This document shows, in pieces, positions 31,563 to 42,714 of a DNA stretch of 64,000 nucleotides (the first letter of the stretch is position 1; each line of letters begins with the position of its first letter). The DNA is from Histomonas meleagridis 2922-C6/04-290x. Its lineage: Eukaryota; Protista; Parabasalia. The notes beneath the pieces are model-generated. The model saw only the letters and a program-made list of their open reading frames with translations. It did not search any database and was not told the origin of the DNA. Location: the NCBI GenBank assembly GCA_020184695.1, contig JAANOX010000150.1, positions 62,001 to 126,000 on the forward strand, written 5' to 3'. The translations under genes and the position numbers were made by a program.

Positions 31563-32826
31563 AAAATAAAATGACCAAAACGATATCTTATTTTTGTGAA
31601 TGAGAAATCTGAAGATATGGCGAAGGCAAAAGCTGTTTGATTCCATGCGGCTGAAGAAGATATTTGATAAAATGAAGAAGATTTCAATATTGGATGGTGA
31701 TAAAAATGAAAATTCCTTAAATGAAAGTATTCTCGAAAAAGCATTTGAGTGATATACAATGATATGATTTAACATTGATTCAGAAAACTACGTTGGTAAT
31801 ATAGTTTTTTTATAGGTTGTTAAAAAGATTCTATGAATGACATTCTTATCATTGTAGACAGCTTTTCATGGCGCCTTTATAGATAAAATTATGTAATTCA
31901 ATTTGAATTTATTTAATGATAAAATATAGCTTTGAATGTTACTTGCTTCATTAATTTCTGAGATTGCACCAATCTCCAATCATGTCAGTGATAATGGTTA
32001 CTCTTTACACATAAGCTAAATCTTTGGTTAATAGAACTTGTTTATACCTTCCAAGAATACACTTAACTCACAAAAAGATGTGACTGAAAGATTAATGATT
32101 CATACTTTCATGACCTTAATATGTGTGATTGGAAAATAATTATTTAATGATTATCATATGAGAAAACAACTCTAATTTTTCTTAAGTTAAACATAAAAGT
32201 CACATTTGTTGGTAGTATGAAGTTGAATATAAAACATGATCTAAGAAATAATTAGTTTATCAACATAGACATGTCTATCAATAATTTGCAAAACATAGTG
32301 GTGACAATCAATAATATATTTAGAGTAAATATTCAAACCGAATTGTACAATGTGTAGAAAGACCATTTGGTGAATGCTTATATTAGATTTATTAAAAGAA
32401 AGATGCACCAGTTAGTTAACACAATTTCAATATTCTTTGATTACTTCTGCTTCTATAAGTGGAAAAATTGTTTCTCAAATTGAAACTGAAAAAAATTCCA
32501 AAATTTTGGCTCTAAATGGTATTTATTAATTAAATCATCATTACAATATAGAAAATTTCACAAAACTTCTGATTTACGAATGCTTATAATTTCTGCTCAT
32601 TTTTCGATATCAAATAGAGTTTATTTCATTGCTTTGTTTATTATTCAATACACGTATTAAAAAAAATTTATTAAAATAACAAGAAAATATTTTGCGTGTA
32701 TTATCATATCAAAATCTGGAGGAGAGTTTGATCAGCATTGCTGAATTTTGACTTTTACTGGGATTTGTGTAACGGTTTTCATCGTTTTCTTTTGAAAAAG
32801 TTTCATTAACAAAATACAGATTTTTG

Positions 32827-33942
32827 ATGGTTTTTACTCCTTGTTTTGCACAGCCAAGGGTTCCACCAGTTGTTCCAAATGCAACTTTGCTAACCCTTCT
32901 TCTTTTCACTCGCCATGGTGCGAGGGTTCCATTTCAACATTGGGAAAGTCCAGATGTTAAATATGAATGGCATTGTGGGGAAAACTATTATAAAAGAAAT
33001 CATAGGATTCCACTCGTTAATGGTGTTCCTACTAATTTTTCATATAACTCTTCTGAAAAACATTCTTTTGGGCCTTCATGCAATGATGGTTCTCTTCTTG
33101 ATCAAGGTGTTCAACAACACATTAACCTTGGCGCTTCTTTCCGTAAATATCTTGTTGATCAAACACATCTTTTACCTGAACAATTTAACTCTCAATTAAT
33201 TTATGTACGTTCTTCATATGCACTACGTTGTATAGAATCCGGTGTTGCTTTCATAGATGGCTTGTACCCACCACTTTCTGAAGGGGAAACCCTTTATGTT
33301 AAAACAAATGATCCAGATAATGAACCTCTTTCACCAAGTCCGACAATCTTTAAGAAGAAAATAATAGAGTTTCGCGATACAGACTATGTTAAAAATCACA
33401 TTGAACGCTTTGATCGCATGATGCAACCTGTTGCTGATTATTTCAATATCACATTTCATGACCCTTTTGAGAAAATTTTACTTGGTGACTTTGTTAACAC
33501 TTTTAGATGTAATGAGCAGCCATATCCAAATGATCTTGTTGATCCTCTTTTGGATATGATGCTGAACGATAGCGCGGTTTTTGTTGATGGGTTTCCGCGA
33601 TATGTTCAACCAGACACCGACAAGCCTCTTATTGAGCTTCTTTTGAATGAGATTGACGCATTTTATAGCGGAAATAAGAAGAGCAAGTTTACATTATTGA
33701 GTGGACATGACATGACATTAGCAATTTTATTGTTTGGAATTGGATGTGAAGAATTGGATGTTCCTCCACCATTTGCTTCACACATTTCTGTTGAGATATG
33801 GAGATTGGAAAACATAGATTACATAAGGTTTGTGTTCAATGGGGATATTATTCCTTTGAAAGGAAAAGATATGATTCCATATAAAGAATTTAAAGAAGAA
33901 ATGAATAGAAAATACCAAAACAATGTAACACAAGAACTTTAA
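32827..33942 (+). CDS. Histidine acid phosphatase
   Basis: RHGARVP and GHD motifs. Confidence 0.92.
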   Translation: MVFTPCFAQPRVPPVVPNATLLTLLLFTRHGARVPFQHWESPDVKYEWHCGENYYKRNHRIPLVNGVPTNFSYNSSEKHSFGPSCNDGSLLDQGVQQHINLGASFRKYLVDQTHLLPEQFNSQLIYVRSSYALRCIESGVAFIDGLYPPLSEGETLYVKTNDPDNEPLSPSPTIFKKKIIEFRDTDYVKNHIERFDRMMQPVADYFNITFHDPFEKILLGDFVNTFRCNEQPYPNDLVDPLLDMMLNDSAVFVDGFPRYVQPDTDKPLIELLLNEIDAFYSGNKKSKFTLLSGHDMTLAILLFGIGCEELDVPPPFASHISVEIWRLENIDYIRFVFNGDIIPLKGKDMIPYKEFKEEMNRKYQNNVTQEL

Positions 33943-34107
33943 TTGTAAAAAATTTCATTTATTAATTTTTTTATTAATAAAAAAATGTTTTGTGTACTTT
34001 ACAACATTAAATCAACAACGATATTTGAATTGTTTAGCTAAAAGTGGCTATGACAAATTTAAATTGAAAAAGATTTGTGTTGGATTTTGTTCACTTCATT
34101 TTTTATC

Positions 34108-34629
34108 ATGAGTAAGAAACATTTTTTTGATGATCCTTTCTTTGATGATGATGACTTTGATAAAGAGTTCAAGAAAATGGAGAAAGAAATGGGAAAGATG
34201 TTTACCGAAGAAAATGTAGAATACAAAGAAAAAAGAAGTCATAAATCAAAACCTCGTGTAGCAGAGATAGACGAAAATGGAAATGAGGTAGTGGTTGAAG
34301 AACCTGATGATGATGACGAAGAACCAAAACAAAAAACAAAGAAAACTTATTATTACTCATCATCAACTTCTTATTCAAATTCTAATGGCGTTCAACATGC
34401 AACAAAAAAGACATATGACAGTAAATCCGGAAAGACAGAAGTAACAGAAATGAGAAAGATTGGTGATCAAGCAGTTACCAGAAAAAGAGAGATTGACAAA
34501 GATGGAAAGATCAATGACAAGTATGATATGCTTAACCTTGATGAGAATAACGTTGGCGAATTTACTGATAAATGGGAAAAATCCAACAAAAAGACGATAG
34601 GCCACCATGATCGTCCTCAACTCAAATGA
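34108..34629 (+). CDS. Myeloid leukemia factor (MLF)-like protein
   Basis: FDDPFF N-terminus; YSSSTSY...YDSKSGK...RKIGDQAV...LNLDENNVGEFTDKW; Inr-like TCACTTCATT at 34091-34100. Confidence 0.7.
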   Translation: MSKKHFFDDPFFDDDDFDKEFKKMEKEMGKMFTEENVEYKEKRSHKSKPRVAEIDENGNEVVVEEPDDDDEEPKQKTKKTYYYSSSTSYSNSNGVQHATKKTYDSKSGKTEVTEMRKIGDQAVTRKREIDKDGKINDKYDMLNLDENNVGEFTDKWEKSNKKTIGHHDRPQLK

Positions 34630-34718
34630 AAGTAAACCATTTAAATAAAATTTTAAACATTTAAAATTCTAATTGAAAGTTTGATGTTGGTTTGATGTTC
34701 TAACATAAAAATATTTTA

Positions 34719-35273
34719 ATGATCAACGACTTAAGCGACGACGGGTTTGTGGGCGACTACTACAACCAGCAATCCGGTGCTGAAGAAAATGGAATGGAAC
34801 AGTTCGATCGAGCACAAAATTATCAATCATTTTTTGTGGAGCCTCTGGAAATTTTGGGAACAGAACAGTATTACCAAAAAATAGACTATTATAAGTATGA
34901 AGAAATTGAACAAATTAATTCAAGTCCAACAATAAATGTTCCGCGAAATGAAATTTTGGAAATCATAAAGCTCCCACCACATACGAGTCCCTATTTAAGT
35001 AGTGTTAAAAAGAATGAAAAAAAAGTAAATTTGCCAAAGAGAAGACCGAACTTTCCAAGCGCAACAAGGAAAATTTTAAATGATTGGCTATATGAGCATA
35101 AAAGCAATCCATACCCAACATGTAGTGAGTTAGAAAAACTTCAAAAAATCACTGATCTAACCAGCAAACAAATAAGGATATACTTTACAAACAACCGTTC
35201 AAGATTTTTGTTGAGAAATCCAAAGAACGGAAAGCTTCCGCGCACTCTTGATATTGAAAAACATATCCCATAG
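34719..35273 (+). CDS. TALE-class homeobox protein
   Basis: ILNDWLYEHKSNPYPT...LTSKQIRIYFTNNRSR. Confidence 0.88.
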   Translation: MINDLSDDGFVGDYYNQQSGAEENGMEQFDRAQNYQSFFVEPLEILGTEQYYQKIDYYKYEEIEQINSSPTINVPRNEILEIIKLPPHTSPYLSSVKKNEKKVNLPKRRPNFPSATRKILNDWLYEHKSNPYPTCSELEKLQKITDLTSKQIRIYFTNNRSRFLLRNPKNGKLPRTLDIEKHIP

Positions 35274-35344
35274 GCTTGGTGATAATTGATCGATTGAATA
35301 ATACAATGTTTCCATAAATTTCAACTTAAATTATTTTATTGTGT

Positions 35345-35742
35345 AATGCGTTTTTAATAATATTATTCATATTATGTACGGCTTTTGCAAACGCCATATC
35401 AAAAGCCTCTTTTACACCATCCCCAAATAAAGATGAACATTCAATATAATAAAAAGCACCAATTTCCTTAGCTACATCTTTGCTAATGGATTGATCTGGT
35501 GGAAGGAGAATTCAGGTTTATGAAAAACACTTTTGATTTCAGGATACCACTTCGTTTTAATTCTTTCAAAAGATTTATCAACAATTGAAAAACAAAGCAT
35601 AAAATATCTGTTTGTACATATGAAAGTAGTCGGGTATTTTCTTATTCATCATTTGATCTCCAAAAAAAACCAGTTTTAAGAATGGAACGCCCTTCCTTGG
35701 GAATTACCGATAGGAGAAATTTGATAACTTTTATTGTGTCAT
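35345..35742 (-). pseudogene. Rho/Rac GTPase pseudogene
   Basis: RLLSYVQTD / MLCFSIVDKSFERIKTKWYPEIK / AKEIGAFYYIECSSL, with stops and frameshifts. Confidence 0.75.
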
Positions 35743-36169
35743 TTTTTTGTTATAAAGTAATTATGTAACTCAATTGAGTTGCTACTTTTTGTGAATTGAA
35801 CATATTCTTGTTTATACGGATCTACAATTTTTCGAATATACAACAAAATATGTAGTATCAAACTTATTTCTTATATCATCAAATTCATCAACATAATTTT
35901 TCAGTATTCTGTTCAATACTTTTGCATTACATTAATAATGCAATATATACAAGGAAATCTTTTAATGTTAGAAACAAAGTCATTTGGATTATTTACTTTC
36001 ACGTTAAATGAAGCTGACGTACGGCTTTACCATTATCAATTGTTCGAATTTTTTGTTATAAAAAGACGTTGAAGTAGCACTTTTTATGTAATTTTTCAAA
36101 AATTCACAAGGTCAGAGGTGAATTCCCCGACAAAAAGTGACACTGTTTACACACTTCTCGCTCCAAGTT

Positions 36170-37261
36170 ATGAAACCATCAAAACACGAAGATTATGTAA
36201 AAAAAGAAATTATAGGAGAAGGAGAAACGGCCGCTGTTTACTTAGGTTATCATTATACTGATTCTGAAGAAAAAAATCCATTGGCGATTAAACAATATCG
36301 AAACCGTCACTTTAATCTCGAAAATAAATTATCTTATATCGGTGAAACAAATGCATTGATAAAACTTAGTCAGAAAGGTCATCCAAATATTTTAAAAATG
36401 GTTGGTTTTACAAATTCTCGTCCTTTATGGTTAATCACAGAAAACATTAAATCTCCAAAAAGTTCTAATGGAACCATTTACAAAACGCTTCGTGATTACA
36501 TTCATTTATCATCAAATGACAAAGATAACCAAAAAATAAAAATTGCGTATGGAATTGCTTGTGGTATGAAATTTGCACATGGCCATCATATCATGCATAG
36601 AGATCTTAAGCCATCTAATATCCTTCTTGACCAAAATTTCAACCCCAAAATTATTGATTTTGGAATGGCTAAAATATTAAATGATGACGAGTTTGCGTAC
36701 ACATACACAGGAACTCCATCATACATGGCTCCAGAAGTTCAAAAATGTCTCCACAACAAAACAGAAAATGTATCGAGGTACTCATTTCCTGCAGATGTTT
36801 ATTCATATGGAATGATTTTATATGAGATGGCAACAAAAACTGAGCCATTTAACAAACTTTCCATGCATCAAATCGAATATGAACTTGAGTTAGATCATCG
36901 TCCAGCTTTCTCAAGCAAACAAAAAGAACTTCCGGATTCTATGAAGAAGTTAATACAGATGTGTTGGAGAACAAATCCTGAAGAAAGGCCAACATTTAGC
37001 GAAATTGTGAAGATGATGCAAGACGATAATATTTCATTTGACATGTCATCCGACCAAATAGCGATTTCAAAGATTTACCAATCGGTCAATCTTGAAATCC
37101 AAAACTATAATCCTGAGAATAGTAATGGTAATGTTTTAAATGTGAGTGCAAACAAGGAAGAGAATAACAGCGTTGTGAAAAAGCATAAATTTGTGAGTTG
37201 GAAATATTTGAGAATTGTGATTTTTGTTTTTGCTTTGTTATTGTTGATTTCTTTTTTATGA
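36170..37261 (+). CDS. TKL-type protein kinase with C-terminal hydrophobic tail anchor
   Basis: IGEGETAAVY, LAIK, HRDLKPSN, DFG, GTPSYMAPE; ends IVIFVFALLLLISFL. Confidence 0.92.
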   Translation: MKPSKHEDYVKKEIIGEGETAAVYLGYHYTDSEEKNPLAIKQYRNRHFNLENKLSYIGETNALIKLSQKGHPNILKMVGFTNSRPLWLITENIKSPKSSNGTIYKTLRDYIHLSSNDKDNQKIKIAYGIACGMKFAHGHHIMHRDLKPSNILLDQNFNPKIIDFGMAKILNDDEFAYTYTGTPSYMAPEVQKCLHNKTENVSRYSFPADVYSYGMILYEMATKTEPFNKLSMHQIEYELELDHRPAFSSKQKELPDSMKKLIQMCWRTNPEERPTFSEIVKMMQDDNISFDMSSDQIAISKIYQSVNLEIQNYNPENSNGNVLNVSANKEENNSVVKKHKFVSWKYLRIVIFVFALLLLISFL

Positions 37262-37847
37262 ATTTCTCTTTGTTCTGTTGAAGCGCCTCTGTTTGTTCAT
37301 AAATAAATATTGTTTTTGTCTATTTTGTTTTTAAATGTGATCACAAATTTTTAAAAATGGAGTACAATGTTTGATGCAATTAAAGTTATTCACATCTTAT
37401 TCTAAAAAAATGCATATAAACAGTGGTCTGAAATGCATTTTTGTCTTTGAAGAACTGGAAAAGCAAATGTAAAATTATAAAAAAAATATTTTCAACAATA
37501 ATTTTCAGTAAAAATATTACACATCAAATTACATGTTTTTATATATGCAAATAATTAATGAATATTTAATAATAATGAATTTTGTTTTGTTAACTTAAGC
37601 ACATGATGGGTTTAATTTTGTACGTTAAAAATGAACGTTTAACTTTTTTTGTGGAGGAACAAAGGTACCTTTTAAAATACTTTAAAATCATAAATGTCTA
37701 ATCAAAAATATAATAATGTTGGCAAGGCCTGTTGGCGGTAACCCTTTTTTCTGGCGTTACCGAGTTTTTATGCTATTTATAGATTTTATAATAATTCAAA
37801 GAAGATGAAAAAAAAGTGTTTGAAACGACCGTTTATTTGATTTATAC

Positions 37848-38465
37848 CTAAAAGTTGTATATCTTCTGGAATGATGACTGGCCCTCTCTGCTGCCTTTTT
37901 CTTTCACAAAAAAGTCGGATTGTTCTGACCAAGGCTGTACTCTTTTTGAATCTTTTCGATATGGGATAATAAATTGTGCACCTTCATTCATGTTAATGAG
38001 TTGCTTGCCAACAGAATCCAAAACATGAAGGTTAATTTGATATCCTTCACCTGGAAATGTAAATTCTGTTGTTTCGTTTTTTGGTTTAATCTTTTGTACT
38101 TGCTTTACATTTTGCGTTTGACTTGTGTCTGATTTATGTTTGTTAACGAACTCGTTCAGTGAAGTTAAGCCGGCAGATTCTTTAATAATATTTAACATTC
38201 CATTGATATCACATAAATCTGATTCAAGAGAAATGCACTTATTTGAAAGGTCATCAATCCTTTCTACACAAACTTGAGACATCTTAGCAAGTGAATCTCC
38301 TAGTTCACGGAGATGCTTCTCTAATTGATCTTTGTTCCCTTCAATTGAAAAATCATTTCTTTGGTTTCTGCGTTGGGCTGATTCTATCATTTCTTTATCA
38401 AGCTGAGCGATTTTTTGGTAATTTTCCATTTCCAAATGCTTTGCACTTTGAGAAGCTTTGTTCAT
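37848..38465 (-). CDS. Coiled-coil protein, possibly CCDC53/WASHC3-like
   Basis: SQVCVERIDDLSNKCISLESDLCDINGMLNII..AGL resembles the CCDC53 core by eye; weak. Confidence 0.5.
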   Translation of the reverse strand: MNKASQSAKHLEMENYQKIAQLDKEMIESAQRRNQRNDFSIEGNKDQLEKHLRELGDSLAKMSQVCVERIDDLSNKCISLESDLCDINGMLNIIKESAGLTSLNEFVNKHKSDTSQTQNVKQVQKIKPKNETTEFTFPGEGYQINLHVLDSVGKQLINMNEGAQFIIPYRKDSKRVQPWSEQSDFFVKEKGSREGQSSFQKIYNF

Positions 38466-38940
38466 ATTATAACCGCTGAAGTTGAGACAATAACGATGAA
38501 GTGATCACTTCATTAGCTATTATGAAGAAACCAAATGAATGTATTTAAGCAAACCTGTGCTTTAAACAAATTTAAAAATTCTTAACGAAAAAACGATAAA
38601 TTCTTTTTGAGTTTTAAAAATTTCTTTGATGATCACCAAAGAATTGAACCAGGTAGATGACCAGCGTCATATGAATGGATATTTGACTATGCATATCATG
38701 GATTGTAGAAAAAGAACGGAAAAATTCATAAGCTTGAGAATCCGATGAATGAAAAAGAAGTGATTTTACTGTATCTAATTGGATAACTAGATTCTCTGAA
38801 AATAACCTATGCTTTATACAATCTTTAGTAAAAACTTTTGCAAATATTTTTGCATTTTTAAGATCGAAATTTGGATCAAAAATCATTCATTTACACACGA
38901 CAAACAAACAAATGCCGAATATTTTCAACACAAAAACCTA

Positions 38941-39388
38941 GAGTTCCACACAATAATTGAATAGTTAACAAAATAAACTATTCATATTTTTGAGATAAAT
39001 TTTATGACAACAAAAAATTGAGTGGAACATTCAACAAGAAACAGATAATCGAAAACTTCATTTAATAACATATCTAGGTTCTAACGTTTTTATTCTTTGT
39101 TTCTCTCTTGTTTTTCGACCATCACTTGAAAGTATTTTAAATGATTGGTACTTAGAAATTCAGCAATACTGCCCTTCGACACCTTTAATTTTAGTCGGAA
39201 TGAAAGCAGACTTAAGAGACAACTTCACCGTTGATCACGCAAACAATTGCTATGAACCTATTTCAACTAAAGAAGGACAATCAGCTGCAAAGAAAATAGG
39301 GGCATATGGTTACATTGAATGTTCTTCTAAAACTGGATATAATTTGAATAAAGTTTTTCAACTTGCAACAGAAGCTGCTTCAAAATAA
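38941..39388 (+). pseudogene. Rho/Rac GTPase with decayed N-terminus
   Basis: Open frame ITYLGSNVFILCFSLV...LILVGMKADLR...GYIECSSKTG; switch region degenerate (WNIQQE), no P-loop or start codon, no CAAX. Confidence 0.75.
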
Positions 39389-39814
39389 AAAGAAACATCT
39401 TGTAAAATTCATTGTAACTTATTGTTTGTTTTTTTTTTAGGCTCGCGAACATAGTTAGTGAGTGATGAAATTTGGATTCTTTTAGAGGGTCTTTTTCCAG
39501 ACGAAAATGTGATGCAAATTCACTGAGCATTATTTTATTAAAATTGCCAGGAATGGGAATGAAAATAAAATGTAAAAATTTAGACTCTTCATTTTTACTA
39601 AAATGTGTTCATTTTCGATTATTCTCTTAATTAAATATCTTCGGAATTAGCTTCAATTTCTTTTTGTTCAAGTAGTTTAACCTTTTTCATAAGTGCTGTC
39701 TTAAAAAATTTATGCATTTTTATATTATTTCGGTATAATGAGTTGTTGATATAAATACTGTATAAAATAAATAATTCTAGAATTAATTTTAATTCTTCTT
39801 TTCCCTAGATGTAA

Positions 39815-40265
39815 TTTAACAATAATCATACATAGCTGCATAAATAATCAATACTTTCTTTAATATTATTAATATGATAACTAACAAGTTCAATGTTCCT
39901 AGACTGTGTTGCAAAAACCAAAATATTTTTGGAACTTCATTTTCAGTCAAAAAAAATATTCAATGAGAAATATATTACCTGTTTTTGCTGCAGCATTAAT
40001 ATAATCCATTCCTTCTCTCAACAGAAATGTAAACATTTCATGGTATAAAACACAAAACTTTCCTAATTAATAGAATATCATTTTCTACGATTTTGTTTTC
40101 AAAAGATAATGAAAGATATCATATTTATGGTATTCAATATGTACCTTCAAATGTTGAATGATTTTATTCACATCAATAAACGATTTCTTCATTTATACTT
40201 GTAACTGCATATATACCTGCGCTCATTTCAATTGCATTATTCATAAATAAATATTTAAAATAAAT
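39815..40265 (-). pseudogene. Decayed DUF3447/ankyrin paralogue
   Basis: FKYLFMNNA..GIYAVTSINEEIVY*CE*NHSTFEG / IEYHKYDIFHYL / VPKNILVFATQSRNIELVSY parallels the 5929-7158 protein. Confidence 0.7.
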
Positions 40266-40492
40266 ATTTCATATGCTACAAAATCAATTAATGTTTATGA
40301 CATTTCTTTTGAAATTGAGTTATTTTCGACTCCCATGAAAAATGAATTATATAAATATGAATATCAATACATGAATTTTTTGTTTGATTATTAACTTTTC
40401 ATTTTTTGCTATAACGGATATAATGCAATTTATATTTTGGAATATAATGTTATAAAAAATTAAAAGTATTTTTATACATATTTACAAAAACA

Positions 40493-42523
40493 TCACTGTG
40501 AAGAGTTTTGTTGTACCATACAATAGTTCGAAAAATCCGGATCATTTTTCTGTAGGAAATTATACAAATACAAGAAAAATTTCGGAAATCGTCTGTGGAA
40601 ATAGTTAAAGTATTCGTCAGCTGTTCCTTTCTGTTGTCCCATTGGTGTATGTGCCCATTTGTTCCGAATGAATCTGAGCAATTCAATGATCGAATCGCCG
40701 GAATAATATCTGAAATTCTGCGCATCTCTCAGCAAGCCCTCATCCAGCTGCTCCAGCCAATTCTTTCCGACGATTTTTTCGCTTTCTACTTCGAAAAGTG
40801 GAATTTGAGATCGATTTGACGGATTCTGGAAATAATCAATCGCATGCGAAACAATGTCAAGCCTCTGAGAGCAAGACAGGAAACATGGATGATTAACTAT
40901 ATCAGAAGGTGTTGGTCGTTCATCAAATTTTTCATTTGTCATTTCAGAAATCAAATCCATCATTAATGGGTCTCCTTCTTTTATGTGGTTCCCTATCACC
41001 TTACCTAATGCATATATATCATCTGATTGTTCTTTCTTGTCTGTGCTTTTATGAATACCTTTCTCAAAACCGCCAAGTAACGGCAAACCGTCGTTATCGG
41101 CGAAAAGTGACATGTCATCAATTCCTCCGTGAACAATACCAGCAGAAAAAAGAGAGTTAAGAGTACGAGTAGCTTTCAAAACAAATGAATAAGCATCCAT
41201 GTTTGTGAAATCATAAGGTTTCAAAAGTTGAATTGCAATAATTATTTCATCATCTCGTAACTCATATCCTTGAATATAAGCTACACCCTCAATGTTAAGG
41301 CGAGATAATTCATCAAGGAGAGATACATCAATTGTCTTGCTTGCATGAACAATGCTACATTTAACATTATTGAAAGTACCTATGTTTGGATTATTTTCAT
41401 CAATTTTGATACCACTTGAGTTGTTTCCTCCATATTTGTAATAGATAAATTGTATCAAACGGAACGAGAACAAAATTAATAGAAAAGTAATACCAATTTG
41501 AAGAAATGGAAATCTATTAACTCGAGAAGCAACAGCTGTATACAACTGTTCAAACATTTTATCAGCTGGACGATTTGGATCAACACCTTTTTGAAGTGGA
41601 GCAAATGAAAAGAAAGGTCGATGAATGTCATGTACACCAAAGCGAAAGTCTTCATAGTTACCGGGTCCTGCTTCACCAGGGAGAGCTGGTAATCCATACA
41701 TTAAAATTTCAAATTTTGAAGGAATTTTAAGAGGGTGTGAAGGAATTGCGATAATGGCATCTCCAATCAACTGAAAGAAAACAGATGACTTTGATAACTT
41801 TTCACCGCTTGATTTCATGCGGAAGTTGAACTTCCCACTGTCAGGTCCATAAACATATATTGGGGTGCCCTGAATTTTTGTTTGGCATAAAACGTCATTG
41901 CCGATAGAGACGGTTATACCGCCCGAAAGTGTTGTTGTGACTGTTATCTTTTGTTTTGCGCTTTCTTGTGGTAATGTTGAAAATGTGTCAAAATCACTAT
42001 ATTTTATGATTTTACTTGAGCTGTCAAAAACATTTAATGAGTAATCAACACGAACAATTACAAAATCATTTTTGATGTAATCACCACTTTGTCTTGGAAT
42101 TGTTGAATTCGATCTGTATTTGTATGTTACTTCTCCTTGTTCATTAATAAAAAACATTGTGGTTGTTTTACCAGATGCAAATATTTCGTTGCTTTCCGTT
42201 TTGAATGGAGACATAAAAACAAGATCACGTATTGGGAGTGGGAGACGACGGAATCCATACCCTTCAATAAAAGTAAATAAAAATCCATCGGATGAAGGAA
42301 AATAATTCGTATAAGCTGTTTCTGTTGAAGCAAATATTGGCCCTCCTGTATCTATTGACCATAAAACTTCACCTGTGAAAATATTTAGATAATGAAAAAA
42401 TCCATCAGATGTAGAAATATAAACAAATGATTGATCAACCATTCCTTTCCACTCAAGGTAAATTCCTGTATTTGCAATAGAATCTGAATTACTAATAGAA
42501 AGGGTCAAAAGCAACAAAAACAT
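40493..42523 (-). CDS. IRE1: IRE1-like protein: signal peptide, luminal domain, TM, degenerate kinase, KEN RNase
   Basis: STSDGFFHYLNIFTGEVLWS luminal motif; TM ITFLLILFSF; ERPTPSDIVNHPCF; LLRFIRNKWAH. Confidence 0.85.
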   Translation of the reverse strand: MFLLLLTLSISNSDSIANTGIYLEWKGMVDQSFVYISTSDGFFHYLNIFTGEVLWSIDTGGPIFASTETAYTNYFPSSDGFLFTFIEGYGFRRLPLPIRDLVFMSPFKTESNEIFASGKTTTMFFINEQGEVTYKYRSNSTIPRQSGDYIKNDFVIVRVDYSLNVFDSSSKIIKYSDFDTFSTLPQESAKQKITVTTTLSGGITVSIGNDVLCQTKIQGTPIYVYGPDSGKFNFRMKSSGEKLSKSSVFFQLIGDAIIAIPSHPLKIPSKFEILMYGLPALPGEAGPGNYEDFRFGVHDIHRPFFSFAPLQKGVDPNRPADKMFEQLYTAVASRVNRFPFLQIGITFLLILFSFRLIQFIYYKYGGNNSSGIKIDENNPNIGTFNNVKCSIVHASKTIDVSLLDELSRLNIEGVAYIQGYELRDDEIIIAIQLLKPYDFTNMDAYSFVLKATRTLNSLFSAGIVHGGIDDMSLFADNDGLPLLGGFEKGIHKSTDKKEQSDDIYALGKVIGNHIKEGDPLMMDLISEMTNEKFDERPTPSDIVNHPCFLSCSQRLDIVSHAIDYFQNPSNRSQIPLFEVESEKIVGKNWLEQLDEGLLRDAQNFRYYSGDSIIELLRFIRNKWAHTPMGQQKGTADEYFNYFHRRFPKFFLYLYNFLQKNDPDFSNYCMVQQNSSQ

Positions 42524-42714
42524 TGGAAGCAAATTTCCATGTAAAGTATTCAATTCAGATTTTGCCAAATTATCATCCAACAAAGTTCCAACTGATCTGA
42601 GGATTAAATCGATTACTTCCAAGTAAAATTGAAGAACTGCATCAAACTTAATCCGATTTGTTAATTTTTATTCCAAACGATTAAAATCTAATTTCGAAAT
42701 AGATTTTTAGTCAG

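Noticed and set aside
31940-32420. Scattered BspA-like words (DCTNLQS, VIGK)
   Set aside because: Too fragmentary to support by eye
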